A stretch of DNA of 64,000 nucleotides from Selaginella moellendorffii (lineage: Eukaryota > Plantae > Lycopodiophyta). The DNA is taken from the NCBI RefSeq assembly GCF_000143415.4, contig NW_003314286.1, positions 965,643 to 1,029,642 of the forward strand, written 5' to 3'. Within the stretch, counting starts at the first letter, position 1. Each line of letters starts with the position of its first letter. The notes under the pieces are model-generated. The model was not told the DNA's origin. It did not search any database and saw nothing but the letters and a program-made list of their open reading frames with translations. The translations under genes were made by a program, and so were the position numbers. Shown piece after piece: positions 22,746-37,498 of the stretch.

Positions 22746-23489
22746 CTAGAAGAAGCACAAGCACAGCAACACAAAGAAGCCCACGAACAAGAGCATCTTG
22801 GACAAAAACCTCTCTTGCTCTTGCTGGGCACTTAACGCAGCATTAGCGGGATTACTCGTCCCATTCGCAGTAGCACCAGCACCGCCGCCGCTGCCTCCAT
22901 TTCCTCCTCGGCTCCCACCGCCGGCTCCGCCGCCGCCACCATTCCCGCCACCGCCGCCAGAAACTCCCGCGCTCCCAAACCCGAGGTCGGGGAAGCCGTT
23001 GCTCGTGGCGGAGAAGCCAAAGAGGAATGGAAACAGTCCAAAGCCGAGCGTCACGTTTCCAAACTGCGTCGTCGCCGATGGCCCTGTGAAGAAACTAAAG
23101 CCCATTTGCTGGAACGCTCCTCCTCCGGAGTGAGAATTTTGCCTGTGCTGGTGTGGGAGATCGGTCCTCTGGCCGGGCGGGCGATTGGGGATATTTTCCA
23201 CGCCCTTTTTGCGCGGATCGCTGGTGCCCTTGCCGCGGCCGTAGATCGGGATCACCTTGGCCTCCTCCACGGCGGATTTGCAGACGGGGCATTCTGTGCA
23301 GCTGGATCGCGAGGCGAGCCAGCGGTAGAGGCAGGGCCAGCAGAAGAGATGGCCGCAGTGCGTGACCACCGGATCCTGCGCGAGCTCCAGGCAGATGTTG
23401 CAATCGTAGCTACCTGATCCGCCATCGCTGCCGCCGGCGCTGGCGCCATTGCTGGTGGCGCCGCTGGGATCGCCGGTGCTGGAATCCAT
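22746..23489 (-). CDS. RMA1/RNF5-like RING-HC E3 ligase with C-terminal membrane anchor, intronless
   Basis: YDCNICLELAQDPVVTHCGHLFCWPCLYRW...CPVCK...VIPIYGRG, IPNRPPGQR and a hydrophobic C-terminus. Confidence 0.92.
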   Translation of the reverse strand: MDSSTGDPSGATSNGASAGGSDGGSGSYDCNICLELAQDPVVTHCGHLFCWPCLYRWLASRSSCTECPVCKSAVEEAKVIPIYGRGKGTSDPRKKGVENIPNRPPGQRTDLPHQHRQNSHSGGGAFQQMGFSFFTGPSATTQFGNVTLGFGLFPFLFGFSATSNGFPDLGFGSAGVSGGGGGNGGGGGAGGGSRGGNGGSGGGAGATANGTSNPANAALSAQQEQERFLSKMLLFVGFFVLLCLCFF

Positions 23490-23653
23490 GCGAGAGGATC
23501 GATCGAGCAAGCCCTAGAAATATCGTGGACCAAATGGCTAGGGTTTTCTTCCTTTATCTTCTTTTGTGTTAAGTTTCCAATGACGAGGGCTTTCGTCGTT
23601 GTTTCTCACGGGGTTGGGGCGGTGTTTGCGCCAGGCGCTAAAGAGCGCTGGCG

Positions 23654-24995
<1,342 letters not shown>

Positions 24996-25300
24996 TCAAA
25001 GGTACAGGAGTTCCAGTTTCGCAAATCCTATCGTAGAGAATAGAGAAAACACTACTTTTTATACCATCTTGTTGAGATACTGGACAAGACCATCGAAATC
25101 CACTGCATGTCCGAAATTGTGTATCGTCTCACGTAGCCATTTCGTGCGGTGGCCAAATTCTCTCAAAGTTTCTTGCAAAACTATACAAAGGGATCATAAG
25201 TCGCCTACGCATCCTCCACAGTTCGAGACAGTAAGTTAACAACTATTTCACCTCCACGTAAAAAAATTCGTTCCCAAAAAAGAAATAGAATTACTTTTTC

Positions 25301-27518
25301 TTACGTGCCTGCTCGACTCATGGAAATTGCTCCTCCATTAACAGCAACACCTTTCCCTTTCCCGCCCAGCATCCGCCTCACCGAAACGAGGGGGTCCATC
25401 TTCTCTCACAAGAAAAGCAACCGTTATACAAAAGAAAAAAGAGAAAACAATCTCGCAGTACTCACCTTATTGACAGCGGCAGCCTTGTCTCTATCACTCA
25501 CAACGCCGGAATTCGCATTCGTCGCGGCGCAAGAGAAGATAGCGTCGATCGTCATCTGCCAGCCACACTTTCCTGACTGATCTGCCGCATTCGAACTTAT
25601 CCAAGGACAAAAGTAGCGATGGTGATGGACGGGATCGAATTCGCTCGGGCTGCCTGTCACAGGTCACAGAATCGTGACGCATAACCAACGAGAAAACGAG
25701 GAGCATCTAACGTACCACTGAAAATCGCGGCTTCCTTTGCAACTTCCTGGCTCGCGGCCTTCTCTCGGCTCAGTACTGTGTCCTGCTCCTCGTCGCTTCC
25801 TTGTGGAGAGCACTCCACACTCTCGGCAGAGTTTTCGTGCCTGTTGTGGTTATACGACGTCTCCACCGCGTTCACGGACGAGCTGCCCGGCAAGCCGTCC
25901 ACGGCTTTCAGTTTCTTCCTGTGTGCCGACTCCAAATCACGTTTTCTCTTGCTGCCCGACCTGTCCTGTACCGTTGTTTTCTCGGCCGGCTCTTGCTCCA
26001 GAGTCGACTTTCTCGGTTGGAAGTCATCATGCCGCTGACTGTTGAGCCCCGGAATGGGAATGGAGGCCGGAGAGGGTGCTGAGAGTCGCGTTGGTCGTGG
26101 ACCTCCGGCTATAGTAAGAGTGAGATCGAGACCCGGGTTTTTCTTTGAATCGTCGACCGCAGCGGCGTCGTTGTCTTTGGAGATCGTGGCTTCTGCGTTG
26201 ACAGTGTCGATGTTTTCGGCTGCGTTGTCGTCAACGTGTGCATTGACATCACCGGCGGGGAGGACTTCAACGTTCTTCTTCGCGGATGCTTCGATGGTTG
26301 ACAAGATTGCCGTGATGGAGAGCGAAGAACGGCTCAAAGTCCGGAACCTCCACAGCCCAACGCTTGCCTTGCACAGACGACACTCCAAAACTGCTGAGCA
26401 GGGATCGCTGCCTGTTGCAAGAGAAACCCTGAGCTCGTGAGAATCCACATTGGAGTCGTGACTATCAACAGCGTAAGGAAGAAGCCGCACCTCCCATCCA
26501 CAGAGACTTATAAGCTTTTGGGCCTGTAAGTTATAGCAAATGATCAGACCTTGACAAGAAAAACTACAGCTTTACCAACCTGTAGAAACGCCTCGTATGT
26601 TTGTCGCAGCTTTTGCACAGCCTCTCCTTGTGCAGCTTCTAACTCTCGGACTGTAGCATCATTCGAAGGCAACGCCAGCAAACTTGCAACTTGATCCCCT
26701 CTCGAGATCTTCATGCGCTCGACAGTCGAAGAGGAAATCACTGGAAGGTCAGAGAGAAGTGCCACGGATTGCAAGCGTGCTTCGTATGCTTGAACTAAAA
26801 CCGGAGCAGGAGTTGGCGGAAAAGCTGCAAGATCTTCGCCACAGCCATTTCCTTTCCACGGACAAGATGTTTTGTGGCCATCGTGAAGCTTTCGCGAAAA
26901 CTCCAGCCCCGCCGTTTCAACTGGCATTCAATCAAGGAAATAAGATGACGGTCTCTAGTCACAAAGAAAAGTACCTTCCTTCTTCGACCATGTCGCTGGA
27001 AAGGAGAAACTTAGACGCGATCCACAGACCTCGCAGCAGAGCAAATCCATATCGACATTGATCCATCCTCTTCGTGCACAAGCAACAGGGCCCGCTGCCT
27101 GATAGCATGAGTGAGATGAGAAAGAGAAGCAGGAGTTCTTCTCACTTACCGATGGTTTTCCAAACCAGCTCACGGATTTAAAGGTCCCCAGGCGCCGCAA
27201 CAAATCCTCCCGATCCCATGGCCGGCAGCTCGGCGTGGAACTGGACGCTATTTCTCCAGCATTCTTCTCTCCGGCATTCTTCTCACCGGGACTTCTCTCA
27301 AGCGCGAGAGGCGTGACGACCCGGCGCTCCAAAATGCTCTTTGTTGGTGGAGACGAGGAGCTTCTCAAAACATAAAACGAAATCTAAGCTACGAATCGAG
27401 CCACGAATACTGCGAGACATTACCATGAAGACGCCGCCTGGATCGGCGACGAGAAGATCCTGTCCATCGCTCGCTGAATGCGCTGCTCGGCATCGTCGTC
27501 CTTGTCGCCGCTCGTCAT
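25301..27518 (-). CDS. NIPA/Rsm1-like C3HC zinc-finger protein, multi-exon (3' end slightly uncertain)
   Basis: CRPWDREDLLRRLGTFK, CARRGWINVD..CCEVCGSRL, GHKTSCPWKGN, CGWEVR, CRLCKASVGLW, EFDPVHHHRYFCPWI. Confidence 0.88.
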
Positions 27519-27645
27519 CCCGAGTGAAAGCCCTAGATCATTATTTCTCTCAAGAACCCTAAAGAGTTTGGGAAGGACAAGGGAAAAACCCTAGGAAGGA
27601 AGCGCACAGCGGCGCCATTGTGTTTGAGCGGTCGATCGTTTGGCG

Positions 27646-27950
27646 ATGGCGGGGCCTGCGGGGGGTCCATACTCCGGGACGAGCACGCTGGCTATGGTGA
27701 GCGCCTCCATCTCTCGCCCAGATTGAGCTCGTTTGATCGGGTTTGTTTCGTGGATCTTAGGTCGCCAGAGTTTCTGCGTTCTCATTTGGGCTTGTCTATG
27801 GTGCGATGAAGTTAAGTTACTTGAAGGTAATCTTTGCGATCCCACTTTTTCTTGCTTGTTCCATAGATTCTAAGCTCGGTTTTCTTTATTGTTTCTTCGT
27901 AGGCAAAGGCTCGATCGGAGCAGAGAGCCGCCGCCAAAATGGCACACTGA
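27646..27950 (+). CDS. Mitochondrial ATP synthase subunit e (plant type), 54 aa; exons 27646-27696, 27761-27826 and 27903-27950
   Basis: Spliced product MAGPAGGPYSGTSTLAMVARVSAFSFGLVYGAMKLSYLKAKARSEQRAAAKMAH*, with two phase-0 GT-AG introns; the GPYSGTSTLA.VAR.SAF.FGLVYG motif is characteristic. Confidence 0.9.
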
Positions 27951-29485
27951 GACGGAGAGAACTTTCCACAGCCACCTTCCATTTCAGCCCTCGGGGACTC
28001 TTTTGATAAACCTTGGAATGGTATGGTTCATTTTTCCGCAATAGCAGCAGCTAGCAACGAATTTTTCCCCCGAGGATTCTAATCTCTTCTTTTTGGATCA
28101 TTTGGATCAAAGAATAAGCTCCTGGAGAGTCTTTTTTTCCGAAGAAGTTTTGCTCTTGCGCTGGGCTTTGATGACACAGAAACATTTCTCGATGCTGAGA
28201 GGAAAAAAAATATCCCTGCTGAGAAATCGTGCGTAGTGTCTGATGCCCAGGACCCAGGACTTAAGGGTTTTAGGGCACATGGATGGCCCATGGATGTAGC
28301 CATGCATGTAGCCACGATGGGGCCATATCCACTTGCGCAAGTTGCCTGATATTGACGTGACAGTGATGTGGGATCCGCATGCATGCCAATGGATGCGTAG
28401 GTATGCGCATATATGACAGGCCACAAGTGGGCACATGGGGCCGCTAGAGGATGGCTCGCCGAGCTTGCCTGTGACGAGCAAGTGAGGCACCAGGAATTGG
28501 AAGTAAGCGCGCTGTAACTCTTTTTTTTCTTGTTTGTAAAGGTTTTTTGTTCTTATATTTTCCTGTAGTTCGCGATTTTATTCTATCCGTGGGGCTGCAG
28601 ACAAGCATTTTTATACCCATTACTATTTACAATATCATGCTTTTTTCCCGCCTTTTGCAACTTGCTTCTGCCGCCAAGGAAAATCTTAAAACGCTCCGCT
28701 GACGCAGCTTGGTGTTAAATTTTTCCGCCATGGCAATGATAATGTAATGAGCCGAAGGCGGTGTTCAACGAATTCTCGTACGGAGGTGGTGGTCTCTTGT
28801 GGACAAGGCGCGGCTTTTTGGATCGGGAAATCAAAGGGCAACTTGGTGTGTACGGTAGGGCGACATGTCGCACGTGCGATCCTACATTCGCTGCTACCAA
28901 CGTTTGCCTAGTGGATGACGTACGGCGGGCATCAAATAGTATATCCGGTGGATGGCATGGTTGCATGACATGGCATGGCATGGCATGGGCATCATAGGTA
29001 TGGGCCCATCAATGGGATCTCCTCCTATGGTTACTTACACCCTCCTCGTCGCTGTGGTCCGGCTGTGTTCTAGGTAGAGCTGCGCTCCCCTCCCTTCTCG
29101 ATCATTGGCGCAGGGCTGGAATCGCGAGCGCCGAGCGCCTCACGATTTCTATCTGCTCAATCCGCCGGTGAGAAGCGCGGGTCCTCCTCCTCTGCAGGGA
29201 TCCCCGCGGTGGAAATCCCGCTGCCGTGGCCGGAAATTCCCCTCGCATTGGGGCTTGCGGGGCTCGTCCGAGGCGGCGCTGGCGAAATCCGGCATGGGAG
29301 CGCGGGCGTGAGAGTGCGCGCGCGATCGGTCGATATTTCGGGCGGCGAGGGAGCGGCAGCGCTGGATGCAATGTGCAGGGTAAGCGTGAGCGGGCGAATC
29401 TTGGCGCTCTCTTTCTCTTGATCCAAGATCCCTCTTCTTGTTCTTGGATCCAAAAGAGAAATCAGAGAGAAAGAGATAGAGCGCG

Positions 29486-30280
29486 ATGCTGATGAAATCC
29501 TGTGTGCAGCAAGGAGGGAACCACGACGCATTCGGGCGGTTCGAGCAAGATCACGACGACGGGGATCGGCACCGGGGCCAGCGCCTGCGCGAGCGGCGGC
29601 GGCGGCGCCACGGCGGCGGCGCAGCGGAGGAAGCGGCGATGGGGCCTTCCGAGGAGGATGGATTGCACAGCCAGGTGTGGCGGTGGATGTACCAGCTGAC
29701 GGACGAGGAGGTGGAGAAGCTGCCCGAGGAGGTGTGGGAGTACCACCGCGCGCGCAGCGGCGGCGCGGGCATCGGGCCCAACGAGTGCTGCTCGGTGCTG
29801 ATCCAGCGCGTGAGGGCGCCGCTGCCGGTGGTCTGGTCGGTGGTGCGCCGCTTCGACAAGCCCCAGCTCTACAAGAACTTCATCCGGAGCTGCAGCTTCA
29901 AGGGAGACGAGTTGAGGGTGGGGTGTACGCGCGAGGTGACCGTCGTCTCGGGCCTGCCCGCCACCTCCAGCACCGAGAGGCTGGAGATCCTGGACGATGA
30001 CAAGCACGTCTTGAGCTTCCGGGTGGTGGGCGGGGATCACCGGCTCAACAACTATCGCTCGGTGACTAGCTTGCACGAGTTCGACGTTGAGGGGGCCAAG
30101 GGGACGCTGGTGGTGGAGTCGTATGTGGTGGACGTGCCGCCCGGGAACACGAGGCAGGATACTTGCTTGTTCACGGACACGGTGGTGCGATGCAACCTCC
30201 AGAGCCTGGCACACATGACGGAGAAGCTGGCGGTGGCTTGTGCTAGCGAGCAGCATCGCCAGCTCCATCAAGCAAGGTGA
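29486..30280 (+). CDS. PYL: PYR/PYL/RCAR abscisic acid receptor with a long N-terminal extension
   Basis: VWSVVRRFDKPQLYKNFI, gate SGLPA, latch GDHRL, VVESYVVDVPPGNT..DTCLF, NLQSL. Confidence 0.94.
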   Translation: MLMKSCVQQGGNHDAFGRFEQDHDDGDRHRGQRLRERRRRRHGGGAAEEAAMGPSEEDGLHSQVWRWMYQLTDEEVEKLPEEVWEYHRARSGGAGIGPNECCSVLIQRVRAPLPVVWSVVRRFDKPQLYKNFIRSCSFKGDELRVGCTREVTVVSGLPATSSTERLEILDDDKHVLSFRVVGGDHRLNNYRSVTSLHEFDVEGAKGTLVVESYVVDVPPGNTRQDTCLFTDTVVRCNLQSLAHMTEKLAVACASEQHRQLHQAR

Positions 30281-31050
30281 AACTTTGCTCCTTCGTTGTG
30301 GTTTTTGTTTTTTTTTTTCCCTCTCTTTCTCCCTCTTTTGGTTTTGGGCCTCTCGTCGCCTTTTTATTTTTTTCTCAGTTTATTTGGAGAGGTGGTTCTC
30401 GCTTTCTTTTCTTGCTTCCCCTTTTTCGCTGTCTTTTAAGAGAATCCTGCTACTTCTGCTGCTGCCGCTGCTGCTGCTGCGCGTTGTCTTTACTTCTCTA
30501 CTTTCTCTTTTGAGGGGACACTCCTTAAACTCTTTCTCAAGGTCTCGGCAAGACGAACACGGGAAGAAGAAAGACAAAGAAGACGAAGCAAACGAAACAC
30601 ACACACGCGATGAACTGCTCAGGCGATTACTGTTTAAGAGCTCAACCACATCTTATCTCTCTATTTCTTCCTTGCATGCTGTATTTATCATGGTGTGGCA
30701 ATGGCAATACATGATGCTCTCCGTTTTTTAAGTTTTTCTTTGCAGCCTCAGTGATTCGGGCAGGACTGGTCGATCGATAGCTAGCTCTCAAACAAAACAG
30801 CGCAGGGGGCAGCGTTATCACTGGCAGCAGTCTCAGAAATAAAACGAACGGCATGCCCCGCTAGAGGATGGGGGCGGCGTGGAAATGATCGACACCATTT
30901 AGGTGGAATGGGACAATCCAGCTTTGGTACTGTACAACGGAATTTGGCCTATAGCCAGGTTTTGATATCTCGCAGCATGGCTCATGGCATATGGGAAAGT
31001 TAACTTACGCCCAACATTAGCAGCCACTCACCTCGAGGAGAATGAGAGCT

Positions 31051-34000
31051 TCATCCGCCCAAGGGGTTGGTCTGGAGGCTCTGGAGAAAGCTTGTTCCAT
31101 TGCACAGCTTCGTGGTAAGCACAATCACGTCATGTTTCATCGATTCCTGGAGGAATATTTGTCTCCAGCACGTTAGGAACAGAAACGTTCTTCTAGAGAA
31201 AGGGTGAGACATACCTGAGAGCTCAGGAATCGCAGGGCTGATATCTCGGCAAAGGTTACTCCGCCAATGAAAACCACCAGCACCAGTGCTCGGCGACCGT
31301 CCACGCTACAATCAAATCGTTTTGTCGGTGTTAAAGCTCAAGATTTGGTTTCTCTTTTCTCAGCTTACTTGTTCGCGAGGTCGGTTAAGTTGTTCGCTGA
31401 TGGCATTCTTTGATGTCCTGTTGTTAAGTTGGTCAAAGACGGTGGTCTGTGAGAGAAGCTACTTCTTCTTTGCTGCTGTGATCCCTATAAAACGAACTTT
31501 TCTTTTCCTTTTCTCTTTTAAATTTAGCTCGGTTCTTTACCTGTCGTTCTTCGAAAGTCGCTCCAGGAAGCAGCTTCATCATATCCTCAATCCCTCGCCT
31601 GCAGCGAGTGGATAAGAGTGAAATAGTCAAACAGCAGTGTTTAGCTTAGGCACCAAACTTACTCACCAGCCACTAGCATGCAGTGCATGTTGTACCAGTC
31701 TAATGCTCAGAGGAGCATAGCCCGAGAATGCGTAGGAGATATCCTTTGGACTAAAAACACACAGAGTTGGTCAAAACACGAGTTGCCTATTCCTGAAAAC
31801 TCTGTTACTTTGAGTCGTCCGTATCGCTCACCACCAATCTGAGACCCCGTTTCAGAGTCAGCCAATTGCTCTTTGATTCCTTCACAAGCGGGGAAAAAGC
31901 ATTACCGCATAAGATCCTGACATCCCAACGACATCATACCTGCTTTCGCAAAAGCCCCGCCCTTTCCAAGTCGTTGATAAAAAATAAATTTTCCCAGCCA
32001 TAGCTTTGAAGAAGCTCCCTTCTGCCCAAGACGAGACCCATTCAAGCATGTCAAGCCGATAGAAGAGAAAGGGACACGAACCGGAAGTAATCAAAATGCT
32101 TCTTCTGTAAGCCATTGTTCGTTACTGAGAGAATGACGAGCAGTCTCAGAACGCTAATCAGTGGCTCCTGCTTGTTGATCATCTCTTCGATATACTCATA
32201 ACAACTGATTCAGAAAGTGCTAGTGTCAGACTGAAAAAATATAACAGCCTTATAACGTACATATCATATTCCTGACCTTCAACGAGAGTCTGCTCCATGA
32301 TCAATCGGCTCATGAACGAGCGCTTCCTGGTAAACGTGGTCAAATATTGAGAAATATCAATGTGTCGCTGAAAGGATAGCATCAACACTTTGTTGTTTGC
32401 AAAGTACGATCTCACCGTCATCTCCGGAAGTGCATGCATCTTTTTGACAAACTTCTTGAGGTCTGAGAATTCTTGGTTCTGGACAAAAATGTTAGGCACG
32501 GTAATTAAAAACGAGGTGCTACACTTACAGTAGTTTTAACATCCGTATAATCTTGCTTCATGCTAGCTGCTTTTTCACGTAAAATCTGAAGACCAGGCTC
32601 GGAATTCATGACCGCAAAAACAAAAACAACAGGAATTACCCCTCCCACAACTCCAAAGTTGAGATCACGTAGATCTCTATATAATTTGTCACTGCAAAAA
32701 GAAAAGAAAAAAAATATAAGTGCATTCCACAAGTTGGATCATTTAATAACCTTGAGTTCAGTGGAACCTTCACCTTCTTGTCCCCACCCAAAATTGCAGG
32801 ATCCAGCTCAACACAACCGTTGTTTATGTTTAAAAACTGAAATAAATATACTCATAGATGTTGCCAGAATAGCATGTTCTTACCTCGTCGACAAGACCCT
32901 CGTAGGTCAGCTGAGAGCACATCGGAGTTACAAGGTCCACCTAATGGACAGCTTTCGGTCAGATTTCAGATAAGCATGCTGGTACCTGTCTGTCGAGAAG
33001 GATTAGTGTGTCGATTTCCGGTTGTCCTTCCTGAAAAACAAAGCACTTGTGAAACTCTATCAAGAAAACTCGACATGTTTACGGGAGTAGTCAAAGCTTG
33101 TTCTTCTTGCATTTTCTTCATGATACTGAAGACTTTCTTTGCAGCGTCACCCTTTCCCTTCACATTTGGAATAAGACCAAACCGCGACTGCGACGAAAGC
33201 AAACATATTTCAAATTTAGAGATGGATTCAAGCAATTGATGAAACCTGTAGGTTGTTAATTGTCAGTGCCAAATCCCACAAAGAGGTCGGGTCACCGTCG
33301 ACTTGAAGCTCCTGACACCAGTGTTATCTCTAGAAACAAATTGCGAGGAATAAAACTTACTTTCAAAACAAGCTCATGCTCCAGAGACAGTACATCGTCG
33401 TCAAAGGGTATAGGAAACATCCGGTACTCGCCAAAAGTAATGCCACCGTGTACTCCTTCTGCTTCTAAAACCTGGCAATATGAACGATGCAAAACTCAGA
33501 AAAAGAAACAATGGAAGTAAAAAGTCTCACCTTCTCGCACGCTGTAGATCTTCTGGGCATGAAATACAGCGAGTACTGCCTTTCCTGTTGGTTTCGTTTA
33601 TCATGTTGGATCTGAGCGGCTATAAGTTTCATCAAGGTCAAGTGAGGCCTGACAATATAAATAACGTTCGTGCAATCGGACTGAATTGGATCTCCGGAGA
33701 GATGAGATAAATTCTCCACTCCATGTTCCTGGACAAGCAAACGATGCAGAGCAATGCTGGAAAACCAACACTGATCAACTCACCTTTAAAAGAGAAATCT
33801 GGACGATAAGTGTGAGCGGTCCACTGAGCTTGGGATCCAGAACCAGGAGCTTCCTCCCCCGCATCTGGCAAAAAATCTTAGCACACACAAGGCATTCTTT
33901 TGGCAAAAACGACTTACCGAATCGAGCGCCTCGACAAGATCCAGCTGCGCTTCCTTCCTAAATTCAAGCGAGAGTGACAAGAATCTAGAAGGAGATGTGG

Positions 34001-34060
34001 AATAGACCTCAATCCGATGAGATTGATCGGCGCATTCTCCAGAGGAGGCAGCTGCGCCAT
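31051..34060 (-). CDS. VPS33: Vacuolar sorting Sec1/Munc18 protein VPS33, many exons
   Basis: MAQLPPLENAPINL, LVLDPKLSGPL, DPIQSDCTNVIYIVRP, DLRDLNF, LQRHIDISQYL, LVVFIGGVTFAEISALRFLS. Confidence 0.9.
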
Positions 34061-34141
34061 AGCGATCGCTCGACGAAGCTCGAATAGTTTAGAACCCTAA
34101 AAACCAGTGGAAATATTCCCTAAAGCCCTAAGGAAGGGGCG
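34061..34141. promoter_or_regulatory. 81-bp head-to-head VPS33/TBL3 intergenic region with a telo-box-like AACCCTAA
   Basis: Divergent ATGs at 34060 and 34142; aaccctaa at 34093-34100. Confidence 0.55.
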
Positions 34142-37100
34142 ATGACGCCGTTGGGATACAAGAAGAATTTCCGGGCGACGCCGGCATTGCAGCTCTTCTA
34201 CACGGGAGGGCCGCTGCGTCTCGCGCCGGATGCCTCATTCCTTGCCTGCGCTTGCAACGATGAGGTCAAGATCGTCGACATCGCCACCGGCACCATTCGT
34301 AAGTCTCTGGCAGGCGATTCCGAGGCTATCACAGCATTGGCGATCAGTCCCGATGGAAATACGCTCTTCGCGGCCAGCAGGAGCTTGCAAGTGAGGATCT
34401 GGGATCTCGCCACTGGCACGCTTTGTCGATCGTGGAAGGTATTGTATTGCTAGAGCTTTGTATTTTTCTCTCGAAATTTACTGTGGTTTTTTCTAGGCAC
34501 ACGATGGGTCTGTGACTGACATGGACGTATCGGTGTCGGGACTTCTAGCCACAGCCAGCATTGATCGAAGCATTCGAGTGTGGGATGTGGATGGAGGATT
34601 TTGTACGCACGCGTTCCGGGGGCACAAAGGCATCGTCACAAAAGTGATTTTCCATCCGGACCCGCATCGTTTGCTGGTAAGGAAAATATCAAAGGAGAAT
34701 CGACGTAATGCTTTGTTGTTTCTCCAGCTCTTTAGTTGCGGTGACGATGCCACAGTACGGGTGTGGGATCTGGTGACGAAAAAATCTGCCGCTCTTTTGG
34801 AGAAGCATTTCTCGACTGTCACCAGCTTGGCAGTTTCAGCGAATGGCTGGAGCTTGATTAGTGGTGCGAGGGATAAGGTATTTCTTTTCTCGATCAAGTT
34901 TTTAAGACAAATATGGTGTTATTGCGTGACAGGTTCTAAATATTTGGAGTCTTCGTGACTATAGCCATGAAGGAACTGTACCGGTATTTGAAGCAGTGGA
35001 AGCAATCTGTGTTGTTCCAGATGGCTGCAATCTACCAGGAAGCTCTATCCAGAAGAAGAAGGGCTCGAAGCCGAATGTGTTAACTGTTGGCGAGTTTGGA
35101 GTTATCCGTGTTTTCTCTGCCGAAGGGTTCGTATGAGGAACGATCATTAGTTTGTCTTTTATTGATTTTATTTTCGCTTCTGGTGATTGCAGTGGAAATT
35201 GCGTATACAAACAAAATTCTTCCGACGTTTCCATAGCAACAGAAGACGCAGACGAGACAAAGCGTGGGTTTACTGCGGCATATATTCTTCCAGATGCAAA
35301 AGGAGTTCTTTGCATCACGTACGATCACCGCCTTTTCTTTTACGAGCCATTTCTAGTGGACGACAAACAAAGAGATTTGCGCATTAGCAAGCGCCTTATA
35401 GGTTGCAACGATGAAATAACCGATTTGAGATATGTTGGAAGCGACGAGACTTCTCTTGCCGTGGCCAGCAACGTGGAGCAGGTAAAAGTGGAATAAGAAC
35501 CGTGAGTTTTCAACAATCTGTGCTGTAGGTTCGCATATACGACTTAAGCTCCATGGCCTGCACACAAGAGCTCACCGGTCACACGGACATTGTCCTTTGT
35601 CTGGACACTTGTCTTTCATCTCAAGGAAAACCAGTGCTAGCTTCGGGTGGTAAGGACCATACGGTATGTGCTCCGAAATCTAGGAATCTAACAAAAACCG
35701 TCTATGTTGTGCTCGAAGGCGAGACTTTGGGATGTTACCTCTGGTAAATGTTTCGCGATGTGTACTGGCCACAGTGCTGCAGTCGGAGCCATTGCCTTTT
35801 CAAAAAAGAAACGCAGTTTTCTGCTGACAGGAAGCAGGTACCAGCATTGTTTAATATTGCACCGTCCATCTGATTTTCTTCCGCAGGGATCGCTCTATCA
35901 AGTTCTGGGACTTTCAGTTTGTTATAGATGACAATCAACAAGATAGAGTTGCCAAGCTTTCGTGTATCCGTTCTGCCGCTGCACATGACAAAGATATCAA
36001 CTCGCTTTCTGTGGCTCCCAATGACAGCCTTCTATGCAGCGGATCTCAGGTATTCCAAATTAATCACAGTGATGCAAATGGTGACGCGTCTGCAGGACGG
36101 GACAGCTCGTATTTGGAAGCTCCCGGAACTCACTCTAGCTACGACTTTGAAAGGGCACAAACGAGGCGTCTGGTCTGTAGAGTTTTCTCCTATCGACCAG
36201 TGCGTATTAACGTCCTCCGGCGATAAAACTATACGAATATGGGCACTCTCCGACGGTTCTTGTCTAAAAACATTTGAGGGCCACACCGCCAGTGTTTTGA
36301 GAGCTTCATTTCTATCTCGCGGAACACAAATAATTTCTTCTGGTAAGTGTCGCCCTCGTTAAAAAATTTGCAACTGAACATGTCACGCTTAGGTGCGGAT
36401 GGACTGGTAAAGCTATGGACTATCAAGAGTAACGAGTGCATAAACACTTTTGATCAACACAACGACAAGGTTATAAAGTAGAAAACAGCACGTCTCCGGC
36501 TACTTACGTTTTCTTCTTATGCAACCACAGATTTGGGCCTTAGCCGTGAACAGCAACAATGAATCGTTTGCTACTGGAGGGGGTGATGCATTGGTCACTT
36601 TGTGGGAGGATTGCACCGCCTCTGACGAAGAGGAAGCTGCTAGACAAGAGGTTACTCGTAAACTCTGTTGATAAGTCTCATCTTACGTTTATTACAGGCC
36701 GAGGAAGCTCTGAAAGACCAGGATTTAGCGAATGCCCTCGCGGACACGGATTATGACAAAGCGGTTCAACTGGCATTCGAACTAAGACGACCTTTTAAAC
36801 TCCTTGGAGTTTTTACAGAGTTGTTCAGGTGCAGTCTCTTGACTCTTGAGAGCTGAGCTTTTAACAATTCAGTCTCGGTGCTTTTGGCAGATCTGGCACA
36901 GACGCAACACTAGCCTCGCTTTTGAAGAAACTCGACAGCGCATACCTGCGTCTACTCTTGGAATACATCCGCGAATGGAATTCGAAGCCAAAGTTTTGTT
37001 ATGTTGCGCAGCATGTGTTGCACTGCGTATTCAACGTTTTTCCAGCGTCCGAAATAGTAGAGGTGAGAAGAGCAGCGTGCTAAATTTCTTGGAGCATGGT

Positions 37101-37313
37101 CACACGGCGTTTTGGTTGCAGGTTCCAGGGATATCGGAGCTTTTGGAAGGCATTTTACCTTATACACAACGGCATTTTAATAGGATAGGCAGGCTGGAAC
37201 AAAGCTGTTACCTTGCGGACTATACGTTGGCATGCATGTCAGTGTTGGATCCCAGTGACCAATTGCCAGGACTTGCCGGAGAGATACATGCTAAGAAGAA
37301 GCAAAAGTTGTAA
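34142..37313 (+). CDS. TBL3: TBL3/UTP13 (TORMOZ-like) WD40 SSU-processome protein, many exons
   Basis: LQLFYTGG, CTHAFRGHKGIV, GCNDEITDL, AHDKDINS, LKGHKRGVWSVEFSP, CLKTFEGH and Utp13 C-terminus LLEGILPYTQRHFNR. Confidence 0.93.
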
Positions 37314-37498
37314 TCCGTTGGAATTTGAAGGAAAATTTTGTTTTGTTAAATTAAAATAATTTTTACTTAATCTAATTAAATGATTTACTATTGATAATAG
37401 AAGTTTTGCCAAAGAAACACGAAATCTAGACAAAAGTAGTTGTTCCTAAGATTGCTATCCAATTCAAGAATAGAAAATGTACTACAATTATTTCTATA

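Noticed and set aside
28270-28990. CATGCA/ACGTG-rich region upstream of PYL as a defined RY/ABRE module
   Set aside because: Short motifs alone are not enough to support a call without conservation data.
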